Sequence record: PP418986.1
Direction: 5' to 3' (one strand)
Source of the DNA: Escherichia phage UPWr_E2
DNA length: 64,000 nucleotides
Position 1 is the stretch's first letter; each line of letters opens with the position of its first letter. The notes below the pieces were generated by a model. It saw only the letters and a list, made by a program, of their open reading frames with translations. It did not search any database and had not been told where the DNA came from. Made by a program: the position numbers and the translations under genes. Positions 53,604 through 64,000 of this stretch are shown here, one piece after another.

Positions 53604-53611
53604 TATTTATA
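53604..53611 (-). promoter_or_regulatory. late promoter box TATAAATA (minus strand) for gene 24
   Basis: plus-strand tatttata 28 nt upstream of gene 24 ATG. Confidence 0.6.
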
Positions 53612-53644
53612 CCATAAAAACAACTAAAGGGACCCGAAGGTCCC
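53612..53644 (-). terminator. hairpin plus U-run after gene 23
   Basis: minus-strand gggacc-ttcg-ggtccc then T-rich tract. Confidence 0.6.
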
Positions 53645-53659
53645 TTAAATCGTCAAAGA

Positions 53660-55225
53660 TTAGATACCTTTAACATATACACGGCGGAAGTAAGCGTTTT
53701 TACCAAGGCTATTCAGAATAGAAGGCATACCGCTCTGGATGCGAGAAGCCGGAGCCTGAGCAGCGGATTCTGCAAATGGGTTGATACCGATACCGTAACG
53801 AGTTTTGAATCCCATTACCGGTTGGAAGTTCTTCGGATCGGAACCACGCAGCGGAGTCAGAGCTACATATGGAGCATAGTAAATACCAGCATCCATTTCG
53901 TTCGGACCTTTATAACCTACGGTGAAATAATCCTGTTTAGCATACTGGTCGATATATACACGGTATTTACCACCCAGAACACCAGCAAATACTGACTTGG
54001 TAGTATCAGTGTTAAAGCCAGTAGCCAGACCTTGTGCAGCATAAGAAATGCCGGTATCAACTGAAGCCAGAACGTTAACTACGTTACGGGAAGCGATAAT
54101 GAAGTTACCTTCGCCGCGACCAGTCTGACGAGCAATTTCAACTGCTTCTTTGTCAATCTGGAACAACAGAGCTTTAAAGGATTCACCTGCCCAGCGAGCA
54201 CCACGAATATCGATTGGGTCCTGGAAGTCAAATACACCAGCTTTAGAACCCGGAGTCAGGGTCATACCAGATTTACCAACCTGAGCGGAGTAGTTAATCC
54301 AATCAACAACTTCGCGGTTGATTTCCAGCATAATTTCGGTAGCCAGAATACCAGACAGTTCAGCATCAGCATCCATACCGTGAACAGCGCGAAGGTCTTG
54401 TGCTAATTCAATAGAGTAAGCAGCTTTCAGCTGACGAGATTTAGCTTCGATAACTTGCTTATCGATACGGAAGCCCATTTCATTCCATGGGTTATCGGTA
54501 GAACCGTTAAAACCTTCCTGAAGTTCAGCGATAGAAGTAGCCATACCTTCAGCGATTTCTACCAGTACACCAGCTTCCATTTGTTTCTTAATTTCAGCAT
54601 CTAATTTGTCTGCGTCAGATGCGCCTGAATCAATTTGTTTAACTTCTGTAGCTTGCAGATATACTGTACCAGTTTCCTGGAAGAAGTGAGTGTAAATAGT
54701 TCCGACTTCAAGAGTATCACTTGCTTTCAAAGCAGCGAATTTCTTAGCAGCACCCTGACCAGAGAACATTGCATCTGGACCATACATTGGGTGGAATGCT
54801 TCTTTAGCACCGGAAGCGATTGGGTCTTTACCATATACTGCGCGCAGTGCGAATACTTGGCCAGTCGGGCTGTTCATTGGCTGAACACCACAAATATCGA
54901 AAGCAATCAGGTTAGGAATAGCACGACGTACCATACCCATAACAGCTGGGCCAATCTGAGTTACTGCTCCAGAAGTCTGACCTGCAGCGATGTTGGTAGC
55001 ATTGTAACCGTGGTCACCACCGATTTCAGCTTCTGTTAAGAAAGAACCGAATGCCTGAGCAATTTTTTCGTCTTTATATTCCGGAGCTGTCTGGAAATCT
55101 TTTTCCTGGTTTTCAAAGATTTTAGCGATAATCGCTTGTTTGCTATTAGCAATTTCCGGTAAACCTTCACCTTCCAGTAATGGCTTCCATTTGTTCAAAA
55201 GTTCAGCTTTAGTTTTGATAGTCAT
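53660..55225 (-). CDS. 23: major capsid protein gp23
   Basis: 521 aa, matches T4 gp23 from memory. Confidence 0.97.
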   Translation of the reverse strand: MTIKTKAELLNKWKPLLEGEGLPEIANSKQAIIAKIFENQEKDFQTAPEYKDEKIAQAFGSFLTEAEIGGDHGYNATNIAAGQTSGAVTQIGPAVMGMVRRAIPNLIAFDICGVQPMNSPTGQVFALRAVYGKDPIASGAKEAFHPMYGPDAMFSGQGAAKKFAALKASDTLEVGTIYTHFFQETGTVYLQATEVKQIDSGASDADKLDAEIKKQMEAGVLVEIAEGMATSIAELQEGFNGSTDNPWNEMGFRIDKQVIEAKSRQLKAAYSIELAQDLRAVHGMDADAELSGILATEIMLEINREVVDWINYSAQVGKSGMTLTPGSKAGVFDFQDPIDIRGARWAGESFKALLFQIDKEAVEIARQTGRGEGNFIIASRNVVNVLASVDTGISYAAQGLATGFNTDTTKSVFAGVLGGKYRVYIDQYAKQDYFTVGYKGPNEMDAGIYYAPYVALTPLRGSDPKNFQPVMGFKTRYGIGINPFAESAAQAPASRIQSGMPSILNSLGKNAYFRRVYVKGI

Positions 55226-55243
55226 TTGTGTTAACCTTTAAAA

Positions 55244-56053
55244 TTAGAAACGAGATGCGACTTTCGCATATACACTTACAATATCTTCTGCACCTTGTGC
55301 AGATTTATCTTCTACAGCTTCAGTGACGAAATTCAGTCCGGCTGCTTCAGTATCAGGAGTATTTATACTCTCAGTAATAGTGCTTTCATCTTTATTAGAT
55401 TTCTTCACCATTTCTACGATTGCACTCAATTTACTTGAGAATGCATCTGAATAATCCATACCTTCGACCAGAGCAGAGACTTTTTCTTTTTGAGACTCAG
55501 TCAGATCTTTAGTACTTTCGCTCAATGCCACTTCACGCTGCACATAATTGATATATGCGTCACGCTTATTGAGTTCTTCGAACAGACGAGCTGATTCTTC
55601 TTTATGTTCTTGCAGTTCTTCTTCCATTTCAGCTACAACATCAACTGATTCTTCTGGAACAACAACGTTGTGTTCAACGAAGAGCTCTTTCAATCCACCA
55701 AGCATGGATTCAAACAGTTCGGCTTTGATACCTTTATCTACTGCTAATTTATTTTCAGTGAGCCATTCTTTTGCAAGATGGTCAAGGAATTTAGAAGCTT
55801 GCTCAGCGATTTTCTTCTCAGCTTTTTCTTCTGCTTCTTCTTTATTTTTTTCTACTTCTTCTTCTGCTTTTTCAGCAATTTTAGCGATATGAGATTCAGC
55901 TAATTTAACGGCGTGCTGCTTGACGGTAGCTTCGAATACAGTGCCGAAAGTTTCTTTTGCTTCCGGAGAAATATTAACTGATTCGAAAATACTATCAAGA
56001 GCAACGGAAGCATCAATTTTTTGCGCTTCAGCAATCAGTTGTTCTTTAAGCAT
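55244..56053 (-). CDS. 22: prohead core scaffold protein gp22
   Basis: 269 aa, Glu/Lys-rich coiled-coil. Confidence 0.9.
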   Translation of the reverse strand: MLKEQLIAEAQKIDASVALDSIFESVNISPEAKETFGTVFEATVKQHAVKLAESHIAKIAEKAEEEVEKNKEEAEEKAEKKIAEQASKFLDHLAKEWLTENKLAVDKGIKAELFESMLGGLKELFVEHNVVVPEESVDVVAEMEEELQEHKEESARLFEELNKRDAYINYVQREVALSESTKDLTESQKEKVSALVEGMDYSDAFSSKLSAIVEMVKKSNKDESTITESINTPDTEAAGLNFVTEAVEDKSAQGAEDIVSVYAKVASRF

Positions 56054-56080
56054 TTTGTAGTCCTGTTGTTTAGATAATAA

Positions 56081-56088
56081 TATTTATA
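56081..56088 (-). promoter_or_regulatory. late promoter box TATAAATA (minus strand) for gene 22
   Basis: plus-strand tatttata 28 nt upstream of gene 22 ATG, inside gene 21 3' end. Confidence 0.55.
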
Positions 56089-56722
56089 ACGCTTTTTTCA
56101 TGGCCTCTGCGAGAGCCATATAGGCGTCATCGGCACTTGTATCGGCTTCCGCCGTCTGTGATTCGGTAATTTCCTTAGGAGTTACCCATGCATCTGGAGC
56201 ACTTGGACCCCATACTGCATCAACACCTACAGTTAATTTGAATCCTTCGTTTACGATACGATAACCTTTATTTGTGTCAGTCAATGAACCTAATCCACGA
56301 GAAGAAACTCCTGGAATCCATCCGGCACGAATATTAGCTGCTAATTTATCTCCAGGACCGTGGTCACCTTCAATAACACGAGCTCGTCCGTATACGTCAT
56401 TTCCTTTCCACCACATATCTTCTATAATGATAGCGGCTTGCATCGGGTCAACATTAGCGCGTGGAGGATGATTTAATTCTCCGAGAGCTTGTTTAGTTAA
56501 AACTTGCTCATTAATATAGTCTTTTACCGCTTTTTCTAATATACGTTTTGGATAAAGACGTTTATTTCTATTGACGACTTCCGCTTGCATGAATATTCCT
56601 TCGATGTATAAACCCGGTTTTAAACCTAAGTCTTTTCCATCATGAGATTCAAGCATTGGTACGCCATCAATAATTTCGCCAGGTTGACCCCAAGTTTCAA
56701 TTAGTAATTGGGGTTCATTCAT
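56084..56722 (-). CDS. 21: prohead core protease gp21
   Basis: 212 aa; [20 protein letters not shown]... matches T4 gp21. Confidence 0.92.
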   Translation of the reverse strand: MNEPQLLIETWGQPGEIIDGVPMLESHDGKDLGLKPGLYIEGIFMQAEVVNRNKRLYPKRILEKAVKDYINEQVLTKQALGELNHPPRANVDPMQAAIIIEDMWWKGNDVYGRARVIEGDHGPGDKLAANIRAGWIPGVSSRGLGSLTDTNKGYRIVNEGFKLTVGVDAVWGPSAPDAWVTPKEITESQTAEADTSADDAYMALAEAMKKAL

Positions 56723-57147
56723 TAGCTTAATCCTAATGCTTTACGGCGTTTAAGAGCTTTTTTACGCTTACGCTGAGCACGAGATTGACCTGCTGGATTG
56801 GCAATCTTCGTTTTGGTAGCTTTACGAGCAATTTGTCTACGTTTTGCTTTAGACAACCCGGTAGTTTGAAATGCATTACGTTCGCGGGTTTTGCGATCTT
56901 TAGTGCGAGTAATTTCACCACGGGCAGAAACATGTTTAACGATAAATTCATTTAACGGCATATTTTCATTAATAGAAGCTAATGCAACCGCTAAATCAGT
57001 TTCATCATCAAGCATATTCTCGACAATTGTATTTATATCGTCTTTATTTAAAGCAGAAGACAATTCGTCAAAGCGACCCTGTGCTTCAGGAATAAGTGCT
57101 TCGACATTCTCGAGAACTAATTCATGAGTTTCAGGGATCAGAAGCAT
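56722..57147 (-). CDS. 68: prohead core protein gp68
   Basis: 141 aa, synteny. Confidence 0.8.
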
Positions 57148-57385
57148 TATTCATCATCCTCGTCTTCGTCAGAGTCTTTGTCTTTTTTGTCGTCTTTATC
57201 ATCACTATCTTCGTCTTCGTCATCATCCTCGTCATCAGGTTCTTCACCTTCGATTAAGAAATTACGAGCGATAGCGATTTTTTCTTCTTTAATTAAATCA
57301 ATCGTTCTTGCAGCCATGGCTTCAGCAAATAATTTACGAGCGGCTACGAGGTCGTTTGATTTAATAGCTTCAATTAAACCTTCCA

Positions 57386-57386
<1 letters not shown>
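57147..57386 (-). CDS. 67: prohead core protein gp67
   Basis: 79 aa with poly-Asp/Glu tail. Confidence 0.8.
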
Positions 57387-59011
<1,625 letters not shown>

Positions 59012-59043
59012 TTAAGCAGGATGGGGATTTCTCCCCATTCATT

Positions 59044-59535
59044 TTATTCCCAATAATCGAGAGCAAGAGTTACTTCAAAGGTTTGGATTTCATTGTTTGA
59101 ATCCCAATCTAATTGAAGTTCACCCACGTTAGTAGGCCACAGACCTTTAATTTCAATTTCTTTTGTTACTGTTTTAGCATCACGAGCATATTGACGAACA
59201 ATAGCGCTCTTTTTATACTCTGCAGGTTTTCCACCAGTAATTTCGTTTCCTTGACCAGCAGCAATGCTTTGCCAATCAACAAACTTCTGGCGAGCATCAT
59301 GAGCTTCATCGTTCATTACTGTAACAGTCCAGTCATCGAATGTACGATCGCCTGCTACGTTAATTTTACGGTTCATAAATCCGACTGGAATTTTTTCTAC
59401 AATACCAGCTGGTAAAGCAGTGGCTTTACATTGGAATGTAAAATTTTGTCCAAGATAAGAAATTTCTACTTGGAATAAGTTAGGTCGAGCAAAATCACCA
59501 GATTCAAACGCTCGTGTTACATCATCTACAAACAT
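59044..59535 (-). CDS. 19: tail tube protein gp19
   Basis: 163 aa, synteny. Confidence 0.92.
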   Translation of the reverse strand: MFVDDVTRAFESGDFARPNLFQVEISYLGQNFTFQCKATALPAGIVEKIPVGFMNRKINVAGDRTFDDWTVTVMNDEAHDARQKFVDWQSIAAGQGNEITGGKPAEYKKSAIVRQYARDAKTVTKEIEIKGLWPTNVGELQLDWDSNNEIQTFEVTLALDYWE

Positions 59536-59549
59536 ATTAGCCTCTGTAG

Positions 59550-59557
59550 TATTTATA
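59550..59557 (-). promoter_or_regulatory. late promoter box TATAAATA (minus strand) for gene 19
   Basis: plus-strand tatttata 15 nt upstream of gene 19 ATG. Confidence 0.6.
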
Positions 59558-59608
59558 TCCCTATGTTTAACCTAGGGCATATAGAATTAAAGAATTAAGG
59601 ATATAGTG

Positions 59609-59616
59609 TATTTATA
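59609..59616 (-). promoter_or_regulatory. second late promoter box TATAAATA (minus strand)
   Basis: plus-strand tatttata directly downstream of the gene 18 stem-loop. Confidence 0.45.
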
Positions 59617-59617
59617 T

Positions 59618-59635
59618 GGCCTGCCGAAACAGGCC
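59618..59635 (-). terminator. stem-loop after gene 18
   Basis: ggcctg-ccgaaa-caggcc; no clear U-run. Confidence 0.4.
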
Positions 59636-59651
59636 TTTAGAATGCACCGTA

Positions 59652-61631
59652 TTAACCAGCAAGACCAGTTAACTCATCGAAATCTGCACCAGTAGCAGTT
59701 GCTACGAAGTTCAAGGTAATGTAGTTAATGCTTCTAGCCGGTTGAATGTAGAATGTTGCAACAAACTCATTTCTATCAATTACTGACGGAGTGTTATTTG
59801 TTGTATCGCAAACTACACGATATTCATAAATTCCACCGAGAGCTTTAATTCCCTGTAAGTATTGGGCAGTTTCTGTGCGGAATGATGAACGAGTAAACGC
59901 GTTGTTTAATTCGAACAAACGATATTTTGAACTACGTCCGATATTCGTTTTCAACATATTAAACAGACGACGAACGTTAATACGATCAAATGGAGAAGGA
60001 ACAGAAGTAGCTGTTTTATCACCATACAATACGTAACCATCACCACCTGTACCAGTTACTGGGTTGATAGCTTCTTGATATAAACGGTCGCGCTGAGCTT
60101 GGCGAGTTTCAATAGCAAGTTTAATAACGTTAAGAATCTGACCACGATTATAACCAGCTGGAGACATCCAAGTCTGAGAAACGTTATCAGTTCTCGCGCA
60201 TAAACCAGCAATGTCAGCTGCTAATGGAACCCAACGATTTACATCATTATATTTGTCATACTGATATTTGTAGTTACCATCAATTGCTGCGTAGGTTGAA
60301 CTAATATTAAAGTTATTATCAGTATATGAACCTGCCGCAGTTCTCCAGTTAACTAAATTATCTACTGCACGAGTTACAGGAATTCCAACAACAGTTTCAC
60401 GCGGTGGTGAGCACAATACTAAGCAATCTTGGCGAGCATCTCCAATTGAAACGACGTGTTTTTGGACAGTAGATGCTGTTTCTAAAGATTCACCGGCACA
60501 AGAACCCGCAATAAACAACTGAACGTCAACAGATTCGCGGTCAGCAAAGAAGTCCCAAGCTTCCATCAAATCTCCTGCTGTTACTTCAGCATTTGATGAT
60601 AATCCACCAGACAGAGTTAAAATTCCAGAGAAGCCTTCTGGCCAGTTTTGCGCAGTTGCGAAAATATATTCTGAACCACCTTTTGCGAAAAAGTCATCAA
60701 TATAGATGTTACTATCGTAAATATCTTTTTCACCACGCTTAGTTGAAAGAACAACGCTTTGAACAATAGCATCATTTCGACGAACTATAATAGCGTACTG
60801 TGAGTCAGTCTGCGGCCCATATCCAAATACTGCCTTGGCAGTAGATGCACGAGTACCACCACCTGGATAAATTGGCAGTAATGCAGAAGCGCCTTTCGCA
60901 TAGTCAGCTTTAGATACGATTTCAATTTCAATTTTATCGCCTAATTCGCCTGGATAGAGAGCTACTACTCCTGGAATTCCATATTTTTCAAGATTTGCCT
61001 GAAAATCAACTGCTGTCATAGCAGTTTCAGCGCTCTCGATTTCAGCTAATAAAATACCGGAATCAGTAATAATTTTTCCAAGAGTTATTACTGCAGCTAA
61101 ACCGGAAGAAGATGAAGAAATTTCTGCAGTCCAGTTAGAACCTAATGTTGGGTATTCGCCAACTTCTTTAGCTTTAGCAATAATTTTTGCAGTAGGAATA
61201 TTAATTTTCTTAATTTTTCCATCAGCATCTACTTCGGTAATTTTACCTTCTGTTTCAACATCTTCTGAAACATATTTGACCGTGATTTTATCTCCAACCG
61301 CGTAGTTACTACCTGGGGTAGAAATTGTGTATTCAATATTACCAGCAATCGGAGATGAGTTTTTAGCGGTATCTCTATCGACAGCGCGCACAACTCGCAA
61401 ATCATTTCCATATTGTAAGAAATTCATTACAGACATAAAATAGTCAGCAGTTTCAGCTGTAGGTTGACCAAAAGTATTAACTAAATCTACTTCGTTTGTA
61501 ACCTGTTTAATCTGAAAAGCAGGACCCCACTGGAATTTACCGGCCAAAGCTGCTGTACCAGTAGAGTTATTAACCACGGTGCTTTGAACCGTAGTTTCTT
61601 TGAGCTCAATGCCCGGAGATAATAAAGTCAT
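59652..61631 (-). CDS. 18: tail sheath protein gp18
   Basis: 659 aa, T4 gp18 length. Confidence 0.95.
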   Translation of the reverse strand: MTLLSPGIELKETTVQSTVVNNSTGTAALAGKFQWGPAFQIKQVTNEVDLVNTFGQPTAETADYFMSVMNFLQYGNDLRVVRAVDRDTAKNSSPIAGNIEYTISTPGSNYAVGDKITVKYVSEDVETEGKITEVDADGKIKKINIPTAKIIAKAKEVGEYPTLGSNWTAEISSSSSGLAAVITLGKIITDSGILLAEIESAETAMTAVDFQANLEKYGIPGVVALYPGELGDKIEIEIVSKADYAKGASALLPIYPGGGTRASTAKAVFGYGPQTDSQYAIIVRRNDAIVQSVVLSTKRGEKDIYDSNIYIDDFFAKGGSEYIFATAQNWPEGFSGILTLSGGLSSNAEVTAGDLMEAWDFFADRESVDVQLFIAGSCAGESLETASTVQKHVVSIGDARQDCLVLCSPPRETVVGIPVTRAVDNLVNWRTAAGSYTDNNFNISSTYAAIDGNYKYQYDKYNDVNRWVPLAADIAGLCARTDNVSQTWMSPAGYNRGQILNVIKLAIETRQAQRDRLYQEAINPVTGTGGDGYVLYGDKTATSVPSPFDRINVRRLFNMLKTNIGRSSKYRLFELNNAFTRSSFRTETAQYLQGIKALGGIYEYRVVCDTTNNTPSVIDRNEFVATFYIQPARSINYITLNFVATATGADFDELTGLAG

Positions 61632-61660
61632 TTTTAATCCTCTTTAATATGCTTTAATAT

Positions 61661-64000
<2,340 letters not shown>

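Noticed and set aside
55548-55892. 114-aa Ser-rich plus-strand ORF inside gene 22
   Set aside because: Antisense image of the Glu/Lys-rich scaffold gene; low complexity.

Overview
This window is a contiguous block of a T4-like (T-even) myophage genome, read in the reverse orientation of the conventional T4 map. Gene order: long-tail-fibre genes 37-36-35-34 (minus strand); a plus-strand replication and nucleotide-metabolism block (rnh, dsbA, 33, 59, segG, 32, frd, td with a group I intron, nrdA, mobE, nrdB, denA, rnlA, alc, spanins, pseT, cd, 31, rIII, small unknown ORFs, DNA ligase 30, two tandem Alt-like ADP-ribosyltransferases); baseplate hub genes 54-48-29-28-27-51 (minus); 26-25-uvsY (plus); uvsW (minus); inh-hoc-rnlB (plus); and the head/tail block 24-23-22-21-68-67-20-19-18-17-16-(15) (minus). 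Calls rest on ORF length, synteny and direct recognition of protein sequences against my memory of T4 proteins; no database search was run. Many proteins look near-identical to T4, but this is not T4 itself: gp36/gp37 are mosaic, nrdB has no intron, the td intron lacks the I-TevI ORF, segD/segE are absent, hoc has an extra Ig-like domain and there are two alt paralogs. I found no clearly novel multi-gene system; the items most worth a second look are a perfect 349-bp tandem duplication that frameshifts gene 37, the endonuclease-less td intron, a roughly 400-bp GC-richer non-coding island after rIII, a single-A frameshift in hoc, two identical 54-bp promoter/leader cassettes, a NADAR-like candidate ADP-ribose-processing protein, and early promoters embedded in hairpins. 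The presence of alc and denA implies a modified-cytosine genome (inference). Promoter and terminator calls are motif-based and unverified.
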